Positions 8,736 to 17,763 of a DNA stretch of 64,000 nucleotides are shown here, in pieces (within the stretch, counting starts at the first letter, position 1; each line of letters starts with the position of its first letter). Origin of the DNA: Planctomycetota bacterium (GTDB lineage Bacteria; Planctomycetota; PLA2; JAEUHO01). The stretch covers positions 64,001-128,000 of the forward strand of contig CBDCWP010000030.1 of NCBI GenBank assembly GCA_965223505.1, read 5' to 3'. Both the position numbers and the translations under genes were made by a program. The notes below the pieces were generated by a model. It made no database searches and was not told the origin of the DNA. It saw only the letters and a list, made by a program, of their open reading frames with translations.

Positions 8736-9668
8736 TCACTTGGCCTTCGCCTCCTTGATCCACTTCTTGATGTCGTCGACCACCGGTAGGTATCCGCGTT
8801 TGAGACGCTTGCCGACGGCGGACTTGAGCTGACCGGCGGCCTTGATCTTGGCCTCCGCGTCGCCCTCACCCTCCTTGAGCTCCTCGAACGCCTCGACGAT
8901 CGCCTCGTTCAGATCGTCGAGCCGCTCCTTGACGATCTCCTTCATGCCGTCCGGCAGCTTCTTGGTGTCCTTCTCGACGTCCGCGTAGGCGGCCAATGCG
9001 GCCTTCCAGTCCATCGTCTCGATCGCCGCGTCGCCCGCGTCGAGCGATGCCACGTACGCCTTGTACTTCTTCATCGGAAGGTGCTTGAGCTTCAGCTTCT
9101 TCAGCCCGGCCTGGGCCATCTCGATCACCTTCTTCGGCTTCGTCTTGTAGGCGTTCGAGACGGTCTCGACCTCGCCGTTGGGCATGACGAACCAGCTCGT
9201 GGGCGTGCTGACCGGCTTCTTGATTTGCGGCAGGCCGGACGCAGACGTCAGCGCCGCGATCTCGTTGGCGATCCCGCGGTGGTCCTCGCACAGGAGACCG
9301 GGGTACTTCGGGCAGCCTTCGACCTTCTCACCGTTTTCGTCTTCGATCTGCGACGGGTGTTCTTCCGTCTCGTGGGCGATGGCCACGATCATGTTCTCGT
9401 TGGCCCACTCGACGAACCCGCCGTCTTGCAGCACCGAACTGTGCTGCGCCTCGCACGGGCCTCAGTTGTCCTTGTGCCAGACGACGTAGATCACGGCGTT
9501 GCGTGCCCGGGCTTCGTACACCGCGTCCTCGTAGGACTTCGCGTAGCGAAGGTGCGTCTCTTTCTCCTCCTTGGCGAGGCCGCTGCCGAGCGAACCGAAC
9601 ACGGCCGCCGCGGCGACGCAGAACAACGCGCAGGCGAAGCGGCGATGCCATGCAAGACGGTGGCTCAT
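8736..9668 (-). CDS. Exported thioredoxin-like selenoprotein (UGPC), 310 aa with Sec69
   Basis: GGAG RBS, signal peptide; ...VWHKDN-TGA(9462-9464)-GPCEAQHSSVLQDGG continues in frame into ORF 8736..9434; paralog of the downstream gene. Confidence 0.88.
9428..9447 (-). promoter_or_regulatory. Putative bacterial SECIS apical hairpin
   Basis: mRNA GCAGCAC-AGUUCG-GUGCUGC, perfect 7-bp stem starting 15 nt after UGA, GU in the loop. Confidence 0.7.
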
Positions 9669-9813
9669 GAGCGGACTCCGGGCACGAGGATCGCCGATGG
9701 GCGGCGCGGGCGCCAGGGGGCAGCCCCCGCCGGCCCCCGGCAGATAGGACGGTTGTCGCCCGAAGGGGGTTCCATCGGCCGCGGGCGGCCCGCCGAGGCT
9801 CGGTTTCGAGCGC

Positions 9814-11127
9814 CTAGCGCAGCGGGACGTCCTTGAGCACGACTTCGAGCTCCCCGTCCGACTCGCGGTCGAACCAGGTCACCCAGATCGCCTCCGGCTT
9901 GCCGATGCCCGCGCCGTAGGCCCGGCCGGTGAGGTTCAAGGTGCCGTCGGCGCTGTGCGAGCGCCCCCCCATCACGTGCAGCCGCTGTTCACGGCCGCCT
10001 GCCCAGCGCACGAAGATCTGCGCCGTCGTTCGGGCGAGCTGCTTGGGGAGTACGGCCACCAGCTCGACGACCCAGGACCCGGTCTGGTTCTCCACCGGCT
10101 CGAAGGAGCGCAGCTCCACCGACCCTTCGGTGCCGGGCTCGACGTCCTTCCCGTCCTTGGTGCGGCAGCGCGGCAGCTTCTCGATGTCGTCGAACCGGAC
10201 GGTGTGCGCCACATGGCGGATGCGCATCGGGAACTTCACGACGAGCTTCGCGAGCTTCTCGTGAAAGACGTCCGTCGTCGGTTGGAAGGTCACATTGACC
10301 GAGCGCGAGGATTGCATCGGTGAGACGCCGTACGTGACGCGCCCTTTGGTGGTCGCTCGAAACGCGTTTCCTGCGGTGTCCTCGGCCGCGGTCACCGTCG
10401 GCGTGCTGAGCTGCGAGACCGCGACGCTGGGAACCCACCAGACGTCGAGGGTCAACGAGTAGTGCGGCTTGGCCGTGCTGGTGAGCGCGCGCGTGCTGGT
10501 GACCTCGGTGACCCGCACGAGCACGGGTCCGGCCGCCGCCTGCGGCACGACGACGGCCTCCGCATCGCGGTGGACGAGACGCGCGTGCCCGGCGCCGTCG
10601 AACGGCCCTTTCATCGAGAGGTCCGCCCGCTTCAGCAACATGCGCAGCGCTTCGAAGTAGGGCTCGTTCTCGATCTCGCCCCCGCTCTCGGGCGGCGTCC
10701 AGTCGTCGGGCATCTCGAAGCGGCCACCGAACTGACGCCCCAGGTCCTTGAGCGTCGCGTCGGAAGCGGGCAGCGTCACGCGGCCGATCGCCGCCAGGTC
10801 GCCCGGCGCGACCGGCGCGGTCTTCGTCGGCTCGCCGCCGAGCAGCAGGCGCACCGTGCGACGCACCTCCGGGTCCTCGTCGTCGGCGACGGCTTCGAGG
10901 AGGTCGCGCGCCTTCGTGCCATAGCGCTGCAGTCCGTGACGGGCCGTCTGACGCGTCGCGAACGAATCGGAGCGCAGATCCTCGATCCACTGCTTGACGT
11001 GCGTGCGCAGTGCCTCGCCCTGGAGCGCGGGCGGGATCTGCGGCTCGTCGGCCCGCGCGTCCGGTATGCGAACCGGCGCCGAGAGGGCGCACGCCAGGAG
11101 AAACAGAAGTCCGGCGCGGCGGTTCAT
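9814..11127 (-). CDS. Secreted protein with N-terminal HEAT-like repeat
   Basis: Signal peptide MNRRAGLLFLLACAL..ARA; WIEDLRSDSFATRQTA...DEDPEVRRTV HEAT pattern. Confidence 0.7.
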   Translation of the reverse strand: MNRRAGLLFLLACALSAPVRIPDARADEPQIPPALQGEALRTHVKQWIEDLRSDSFATRQTARHGLQRYGTKARDLLEAVADDEDPEVRRTVRLLLGGEPTKTAPVAPGDLAAIGRVTLPASDATLKDLGRQFGGRFEMPDDWTPPESGGEIENEPYFEALRMLLKRADLSMKGPFDGAGHARLVHRDAEAVVVPQAAAGPVLVRVTEVTSTRALTSTAKPHYSLTLDVWWVPSVAVSQLSTPTVTAAEDTAGNAFRATTKGRVTYGVSPMQSSRSVNVTFQPTTDVFHEKLAKLVVKFPMRIRHVAHTVRFDDIEKLPRCRTKDGKDVEPGTEGSVELRSFEPVENQTGSWVVELVAVLPKQLARTTAQIFVRWAGGREQRLHVMGGRSHSADGTLNLTGRAYGAGIGKPEAIWVTWFDRESDGELEVVLKDVPLR

Positions 11128-11143
11128 GGGTTCTTCGACGGTG

Positions 11144-13177
11144 CTAGACGGCGACCTGTTCCTTCTTGTGCCTCGCGATGATGTCGTTGGCCAGGTGCGA
11201 CGGCACCGGGTCGTAGTGGGCGAGCTTGAAGCCGTAGTCGCCCTCACCGGCGGTGAGGGAGCGCAGCTCCGTGCTGTAGTTCATCATCTCGGCGAGCGGC
11301 ACCTCGGCCTTGATCTGCGCCATGTCCTCTTCCTGGTTCATGCCCAGGATGCGGCCGCGGCGGCTGTTCAGGTCGCCGGAGATGTCGCCCATGAAGCGCG
11401 ACGGCACCTCGATCTCGACCTCCATGATCGGCTCGAGCAGAACCGGCCGGGCGGTCTCCACGGCGGCGCGGAACGCCGCGGCCCCCGCGAGCTTGAACGA
11501 GAACTCGTCGCTATCGACGTCGTGGAACTTGCCGAAATGCACGATGGCGCACACGTCGACGAACGGGTAGCCCGCCAGGACCCCCTTCGAGCACTGCTCG
11601 ACGACGCCCTTCTCGACCGCCGGAATGAACTGACGCGGAATCGCGCCGCCGACGACCTCGTCCTTGTACTCGAAGCCCTCGCCGCGTCCCTTGGGCTCGA
11701 CCTTGAGGTGCACCTCGGCGAACTGGCCCCGGCCGCCCGACTGCTTCTTGTGCCGGTGCATGCCCTCACCCTTCGCGGTGATCGTCTCCAGGTACGGGAT
11801 GCGCGGCTGGCGCGTGACGGTCTCGACCTTCTTGCGCGCGAGACGCTTCAGCATGATGTCGACGTGCAGCGCGCTCATGCCGCGCACGACCATCTCGCCG
11901 GTGGATTCCTCGCGCTCGGCGATGAAGGACGCGTCGCCGTCGGCGAGCTTGTGCAGCTCCGGTCCGAGCTTCGCCTCGTCGTTGCGGTTCTTCGGTTCGA
12001 TGGCCAGGGTGACCTTCGGGTACGGCGCCGGGATCGCGGCGAACGTCCAGTCGGCGCTGCCGTCGGTGATCGTGTCGCCGATCTGGACGTCCTCGACCTT
12101 CGCGACCGCGACGAGATCGCCCGCCGACGCGTTGGGGACGGCCTGCATCTCCTTGCCCTGGGTGTCGAGCAGATCGCCGATGCGCTCGGTCTTGCCCGTG
12201 CGGGTCACCACGAACTGCGTCTTGCCCGGCAGGGAGCCGCTCCAAACCCGCAGGTACGACAGCTTGCCGACGTGCGGGTCGATCTGGATCTTCCAGACCT
12301 GCGCGGAGAACGGCCCGTCGGCCTTCACGGCGACGTCGTCGCCGGCCTTGTTGGTCGCCTTGCGCATGACCTCGCCGTGGCGGTTCGTGGCGTGCGGGCA
12401 GTCCTTCGTGATGAAGTCGAGCAGCTTGCGCATGCCCACGCCCTTCTCGGCGGACACGTGCAGGACCGGGACGATGTTGCCCTGGCGCAGCGCGCGCGGG
12501 AACGCGTCGGCGAGCTCCTGCTTGGAGACCTCGCCGGTCTCGAAGTAGCGCTCGAGCAGATCGTCGTCGCACTCGACCACGCGGTCGGTGGCCTGCTGCC
12601 GGTACTCCGCGGCCTGCATCTCGAGGTCGTCGCTCAGGCCTTCGGCAAAGATGTCGTAGACCTCCGAGGCGCTCGAGCCGAACGCGTCCGGCAGGTTCAT
12701 CGGCACGGCGCGCTCGCCCATCGCCGACTGGATCGACGCGTAGAGCTCGTCCGGCACGATGTTCTCGCCCTCGATGCGCGTGATCAGCACCACGCACGCC
12801 AGGCCCTGGTCGCGCGCGTAGCGGAACAGCCGGCGCGTGGCGACGCCGACGCCGTCGTGGGCGTTGACGCAGATGATGGCCGTCTCCGAGGCCGCGAGGC
12901 CGCAGACCGCCTCGCCGACGAAGTCGAGCGCGCCGGGCGTGTCGACGATGTTGACCCGCTTGCCTTCCCACGTGAGGTGCATCGGCGTGGCGATGATCGA
13001 CTGCTGGCGTTCCTTCTCGTCCTCGTCCCAGTCCGAAACCGTGTTCTTCTCCGGCACGCTGCCCTTGCGGGAGACGGCCTTCGCGAGGTGGAGCATCGTC
13101 TCGGCGAGCGTCGTCTTCCCCGCCCCACCGGCGCCGACAAGGGTCACATTGCGTACATCGTCAGGGCTCTTGGCCAT
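11144..13177 (-). CDS. Elongation factor G paralog (EF-G2-like)
   Basis: RNVTLVGAGGAGKTT, DTPGALDF, KKQSGGRGQFA, DVDSDEFSF, LLEPIM; outside any ribosomal operon and lacking canonical AHIDAGKT. Confidence 0.92.
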   Translation of the reverse strand: MAKSPDDVRNVTLVGAGGAGKTTLAETMLHLAKAVSRKGSVPEKNTVSDWDEDEKERQQSIIATPMHLTWEGKRVNIVDTPGALDFVGEAVCGLAASETAIICVNAHDGVGVATRRLFRYARDQGLACVVLITRIEGENIVPDELYASIQSAMGERAVPMNLPDAFGSSASEVYDIFAEGLSDDLEMQAAEYRQQATDRVVECDDDLLERYFETGEVSKQELADAFPRALRQGNIVPVLHVSAEKGVGMRKLLDFITKDCPHATNRHGEVMRKATNKAGDDVAVKADGPFSAQVWKIQIDPHVGKLSYLRVWSGSLPGKTQFVVTRTGKTERIGDLLDTQGKEMQAVPNASAGDLVAVAKVEDVQIGDTITDGSADWTFAAIPAPYPKVTLAIEPKNRNDEAKLGPELHKLADGDASFIAEREESTGEMVVRGMSALHVDIMLKRLARKKVETVTRQPRIPYLETITAKGEGMHRHKKQSGGRGQFAEVHLKVEPKGRGEGFEYKDEVVGGAIPRQFIPAVEKGVVEQCSKGVLAGYPFVDVCAIVHFGKFHDVDSDEFSFKLAGAAAFRAAVETARPVLLEPIMEVEIEVPSRFMGDISGDLNSRRGRILGMNQEEDMAQIKAEVPLAEMMNYSTELRSLTAGEGDYGFKLAHYDPVPSHLANDIIARHKKEQVAV

Positions 13178-13384
13178 AGCGCTCTCCAGCCGCGAATCAG
13201 GGGTCCTGGGGATACCGGCAACGTCGGGAGCGGTCAACCTGTGACAGCCCCGGGCCCCCGATCTTCTGGGGTTTTACGCCGTCTTGCGACCTTTGCGCCC
13301 GTCGGACGGAGGCCGATGTTGGGACGCCCCCGCGGCCCCCCTACACTCGCGCCCGCGGGCGGAGGGGACGCCCGCAGGAGTGTG

Positions 13385-15388
13385 ATGGCCGCGACGAGCC
13401 CTCAGAGTCCGAACGACGCGCCGGAGGCGGACGGCGCGACGAAACGCGGCGGGTTCCGGCGCAACGTGCACGAGATCCTGCGGTTCGCCCGCCCGCACTG
13501 GAAGCCGATCGTGTTCTCGATCGTGCTGATGTCGGTCCAGTCGTTCATGAGCAGCGCGCGCATCATCCTGATGCTGCCGGTCTTCACGCGGGTGCTCGAC
13601 GTCGAGACGACCTATCAGGCCGAGGAGGCGACGGCGGACGACAAGGAGGCCGGCGAGAAGGTCAAGATGGTCAAGGACAGCAGTCCGTGGCTCTTCCAGG
13701 CCATGGACGGGCTCGTCGCGCACGTCAACGGCATGACGAAGGAGTTCGTGCCGGACAGCTGGCTCAAGACCTCGTCCACCGACCCGCCCGAGGCGCGCGA
13801 GCAGGAGCGCGACAAATTCGCGACGCTGTTCACGATCGGGCTGCTGTTCGTGATCGTCATCGGGACGATGTGCGCTGCGACGTACGGAGAGACGTACCTC
13901 GCGCAGATGGCGCAGCTGCGGATCCTCATGGACGTTCGCGAGGGCGTGACGCGGCGGATCCTGGACCAGCCGGTGTCGTTCTTCGACGCGCGCAAGCGCG
14001 GCGAGCTCGTCCAGCGCGTGCTCGGCGACGTCGTCGGCTACGGCAGCGGGCTGGCGTTGCTCTTCAACCTCGTGCGCACGGTGATCAACCTGCTCGCGCC
14101 GCTCGTCGCCCTGTTCCTCATCTCGCCCAAGCTGATGCTCTTCGCCGTGATCGCGATCCCGTTTCTGGCGCCGATGCGTCGGCTCTCGGCCCGGACGCTG
14201 AAGCGCTCGCACAAGCGGCAGCAGGAGACGACGCGCCTGGTCGAGGTCCTGCTGCAGGTGTTCTCGGGCATCCGCATCGTGAAGGCGTTCGGCGCGGAGG
14301 AGCGGCGCGCGCAGGAGTTCCGCGCGACGGACGAAGACGTCACGCGGCGCGCGCTGAAGGTGCAGCGCGCGAAGTCCACCGCGAATTCGCTCATCACGCT
14401 GCTCAACAACCTGCTCGTGATGGTGATCATCGTCGGCGCCGGCTGGGCCAGCATGGCCGGCATCTGGGATGTCGGCACCGGCACGCTCATCGTGTTCATG
14501 ATGCTGATGGCGACGATGTACCAACCCATCAAGCGCATCGTGAAGCAGTTCAACAACCTGATCGACGCGATGGCCAGCGTCGAACGCACGACCGAGTACC
14601 TGGAGATGCCGAGCGGAGCGACCGACGCGCCCGGCGCGATCGCGTATCCGGGCATGCAGGATGCGATCCGGTTCGAGAACGTCGACTTCGCGTACGTCGA
14701 GGGCGAGCCGGTGCTGCGGGACGTGTCGTTCGAGATCCCCAAGGGATCGACGGTGGCGCTGGTCGGGCCGTCGGGCGGCGGCAAGTCGACGATCTGCGAC
14801 CTGTTGCTGCGCTTCCACGAGCCGACGAACGGCCGCGTCGCCATCGACGGCAAGGACACGCGCGAGTTCAAGCGCAGCACCTACCTCGCCCGCACCGCGG
14901 TGGTGACGCAGTCGCCGTTCCTGTTCCATACGAGCATTCGCGAGAACATCCGGCAGGGCAGTGACGGCGCCACGGACGCCGACGTCGAGAACGCCGCCAA
15001 GGCGGCCCAGATCCACGACGAGATCCTCAAGATTCCGCGCGGCTACGACGAGCTGGTCGGCGACCAGGGAGTCCGGCTGTCGGGCGGCCAGCGCCAGCGC
15101 ATGACGATCGCGCGCGCGATCGTGCGCGACCCGGAGATCCTCGTCCTGGACGAGGCGACGTCGAGCCTGGACACGGCGAGCGAGAAGGCGGTGCAATCGG
15201 CGCTCGACGCGTTGCGGGAAGGACGCACGACACTGGTGGTCGCGCACCGGCTCTCGACGATCCGCAACGCGGACCGCATCATCGTGCTCGAAGACGGACG
15301 CGTCATCGATCAAGGCACGCACGAGGAGCTCATCGCCCGCGGCGGCCTCTACGCCGAGCTCGTCAAGCTGCAGGACGTCTCCGCGTGA
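13385..15388 (+). CDS. ABC exporter, TMD+NBD (MsbA-like)
   Basis: AGGAG RBS; TM domain, GPSGGGKS, LSGGQRQR, ILVLDEATS, AHRLSTI; next to LPS genes. Confidence 0.9.
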   Translation: MAATSPQSPNDAPEADGATKRGGFRRNVHEILRFARPHWKPIVFSIVLMSVQSFMSSARIILMLPVFTRVLDVETTYQAEEATADDKEAGEKVKMVKDSSPWLFQAMDGLVAHVNGMTKEFVPDSWLKTSSTDPPEAREQERDKFATLFTIGLLFVIVIGTMCAATYGETYLAQMAQLRILMDVREGVTRRILDQPVSFFDARKRGELVQRVLGDVVGYGSGLALLFNLVRTVINLLAPLVALFLISPKLMLFAVIAIPFLAPMRRLSARTLKRSHKRQQETTRLVEVLLQVFSGIRIVKAFGAEERRAQEFRATDEDVTRRALKVQRAKSTANSLITLLNNLLVMVIIVGAGWASMAGIWDVGTGTLIVFMMLMATMYQPIKRIVKQFNNLIDAMASVERTTEYLEMPSGATDAPGAIAYPGMQDAIRFENVDFAYVEGEPVLRDVSFEIPKGSTVALVGPSGGGKSTICDLLLRFHEPTNGRVAIDGKDTREFKRSTYLARTAVVTQSPFLFHTSIRENIRQGSDGATDADVENAAKAAQIHDEILKIPRGYDELVGDQGVRLSGGQRQRMTIARAIVRDPEILVLDEATSSLDTASEKAVQSALDALREGRTTLVVAHRLSTIRNADRIIVLEDGRVIDQGTHEELIARGGLYAELVKLQDVSA

Positions 15389-15481
15389 CCGCGCTGAAGC
15401 GCGGGCCGTAGCAGAGGCCGAAGGACGAAGGCAGGCCACCGGCGAGGCCCGTAAGGCGGCCTCGGCCGGGAACGGCTCCTC

Positions 15482-16273
15482 CTAGGACCGGAGTCCGCGC
15501 TCGCAGAACACGGGACGCTTCTGGCCGTAGTACGCCGCGTGCTTCTCGCGGCCGCCCGATCCGCGCACCTCGTGCCAGATGTGGAACACGTCGTTGCGGG
15601 TGTAGAGGTTGCGAACCACGCAGCGCGGCTCGTGGCGCATGGCGCGGTCGCGCATGTCGCTGTCCTCGCCCACGCCCCACGACTCGAAGCGCTCGTCGAA
15701 GCCGTTCAGGCCCTCGAGCAGCGCGCGGTCGAAGGCCATGTTGAGCCCGAGCACCTTTGGCCGGTTCTTGCGGCGCAGCCAGACGCCCCAGCGGCTCTTG
15801 CGGCGGCGCTTGCGCAGGTCGGCCATGTCGGCGGACGTGGCGAGCGTCTCGAACCGGCCGTTGTCGATGTCGTCGGCGGTCAGCGACGACGACGCCTCTT
15901 GGGAGAGCCGCACGGCGCCGCCGACGTGGAAGCTGAGCGGGGCGTGGGCGTCGAGGTGCCGCTGAACGAAGTGCGCCGGCGGGATGCAGTCGCCGTCGCT
16001 GAAGATCAGCAGGGGCTCGGTCGAGCGGCGCACGGCCTCGTTCAGGATGCGGTTCTTGCGGAAGCCCTCGTCGGCCTGCCGGACGTAGTCGACTTCCACG
16101 CCGGCCACGTCGCCGAACTTCGCGACGAACGCGTCGGTGCCGTCCGACGAACCGTCGTCGGCGATCGTCAGGGCGAAGTCGCCGGACGTCTGGCGCAGGT
16201 AGCCGCGCAGCGCCAGCCGCAGGAACGGCAGCTGGTTGTAGGCGGCGACGATGACGCGGGCCTTCGCTGTCAT
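15482..16273 (-). CDS. Glycosyltransferase family 2
   Basis: VIVAAYN, IADDGSSD, FSDGDC, NGFDERFESWGVGEDSD. Confidence 0.9.
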   Translation of the reverse strand: MTAKARVIVAAYNQLPFLRLALRGYLRQTSGDFALTIADDGSSDGTDAFVAKFGDVAGVEVDYVRQADEGFRKNRILNEAVRRSTEPLLIFSDGDCIPPAHFVQRHLDAHAPLSFHVGGAVRLSQEASSSLTADDIDNGRFETLATSADMADLRKRRRKSRWGVWLRRKNRPKVLGLNMAFDRALLEGLNGFDERFESWGVGEDSDMRDRAMRHEPRCVVRNLYTRNDVFHIWHEVRGSGGREKHAAYYGQKRPVFCERGLRS

Positions 16274-16389
16274 GGCATGAGCGTAACGCCGTTTGCTTGA
16301 TCCCCACGTCCCTTCGGCGCCGGGCGCGGGAACGCATTCCTGTGGAGCCTCGATCCGGGCGCATATCCTCGCCGGGAACGGGCGGCCCC

Positions 16390-17763
16390 ATGCTTTTCAG
16401 CTCTCACATCTTCATCTTGGCATTCCTGCCGCTCGCCTTGGGCGCGTACTACTTCCTCGCCGGTCGTCAGCGGGCGCGCCAGTGGCTGCTCGTCTTGGCG
16501 TCCCTGATGTTCTACGGGTGGTGGGACGTGCGGCTGCTGCCGTTGCTCGTGGGTTCGATCGCCGTCAACTGGCTGCTCGTGCAGGCGTTCGGGCGTAGTC
16601 GCCGGCGCGTCTTGATGACGCTCGGCGTCGTCCTCAACCTCACGCTCATCGGCATCTTCAAGTACGCCGACTTCTTCGCGGGGAGCCTGCTGCCGCTCGT
16701 CGGCCAGGAACATCGCTCCTTCGACATCATCCTTCCGCTGGGGATCAGCTTCTTCACGTTCCAGCAGATCAGCTACCTGGTCGACCTGAGCCGCGGCGAG
16801 AAGGCCGTGTACGACTTCCGGCGCTACTTGCTGTTCGTGACGTTCTTCCCGCAGCTCATCGCCGGGCCGATCGTGCGCCACGACGAGATCATCTCGCAGT
16901 TCGATCTCGATCCCCTGCGCGAGGGCCTGTGGGAGCGGCTGTCCAAGGGCGCGGTCTTCTTCGTCTTCGGGCTCGCGAAGAAGGTCTGGCTGGCGGACCA
17001 GATCGCGGCCATCGCCGATCCGCTGTACCAACGCTCGTTCCTCGGCGAGTCGCTCACGCTGGCGGAGAGCTGGCTGTGCGCGGCCGGTTTCGCGACGCAG
17101 GTCTACTTCGACTTCTCCGGCTACTCCGACATGGCCATCGGGCTCGGCCTGCTGTGCGGCTTCATGTTGCCGCTCAACTTCAACGCGCCGTTCCAGGCGA
17201 CCGACATTCGCGACTTCTGGCGCCGCTGGCACATGACGCTCTCGCGCTTCTTGCGCGACTACCTCTACTTCCCGTTGGGCGGCGCGCGTTGCAGCAAGCC
17301 GCGGCAAGCGTTCAACGTGATGGTCACGATGCTCTTGTGCGGGCTCTGGCACGGCGCCGGCTGGGGCTACGTGCTCTGGGGCGGCTGCACCGGCGTCGGG
17401 CTCATCGTTCACAGCGTGTGGCGCCGGTACGCGTCGATGCCCGCGCTGCCCGGGTGGTTCCTCACCCTGATGTTCTTCTACGTCACGATGGTTCCGTTCC
17501 GTGCGCAGAGCGGTGAGTCGGGCGTGAGCCTCCTCGCGTCGATGTTCGGCGCGCACGGGCTCGGCACGCTGGACCTCGGCGACCTGTGGCCCCTCTGGAT
17601 CGGGATGGTCGTGTCGGTCGTGGGACCGACGAGCCAGCAGCTCGTCCTGCAGCGACTGCGGCCGCGCAGGTGGATCCCGGTGGCCGTCGGCACGGCGCTC
17701 GCGCTCGTCGTCTTCTGGATCGGTGGAGCAGTTCAAAACGAGTTCGTCTATTTCCAGTTCTGA
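16390..17763 (+). CDS. MBOAT O-acyltransferase (AlgI/DltB-like)
   Basis: MLFSS start, LPLGISFFTFQQISYLVD, FPQLIAGPIVR, YFDFSGYSDMAIG, FWRRWHMTLS, GLWHGA, EFVYFQF. Confidence 0.95.
   Translation: MLFSSHIFILAFLPLALGAYYFLAGRQRARQWLLVLASLMFYGWWDVRLLPLLVGSIAVNWLLVQAFGRSRRRVLMTLGVVLNLTLIGIFKYADFFAGSLLPLVGQEHRSFDIILPLGISFFTFQQISYLVDLSRGEKAVYDFRRYLLFVTFFPQLIAGPIVRHDEIISQFDLDPLREGLWERLSKGAVFFVFGLAKKVWLADQIAAIADPLYQRSFLGESLTLAESWLCAAGFATQVYFDFSGYSDMAIGLGLLCGFMLPLNFNAPFQATDIRDFWRRWHMTLSRFLRDYLYFPLGGARCSKPRQAFNVMVTMLLCGLWHGAGWGYVLWGGCTGVGLIVHSVWRRYASMPALPGWFLTLMFFYVTMVPFRAQSGESGVSLLASMFGAHGLGTLDLGDLWPLWIGMVVSVVGPTSQQLVLQRLRPRRWIPVAVGTALALVVFWIGGAVQNEFVYFQF

Noticed and set aside
8518..9464. TGA reassigned genome-wide (Trp/Gly), or two pseudogenes
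   Set aside because: Many genes here end in TGA with ATGA/GTGA coupling. Two independent nonsense mutations at the same active-site codon, each with a hairpin, are implausible.
11144..13177. Translational GTPase upstream of the selenoproteins as SelB
   Set aside because: It has EF-G domain IV/V motifs and no SelB winged-helix tail.
10994..13384. N-terminal 797 aa of the 1464-aa ORF, and many other long overlapping ORFs
   Set aside because: Antisense or off-frame shadows of real genes in high-GC DNA; the ABC gene has its own RBS and ATG at 13385.
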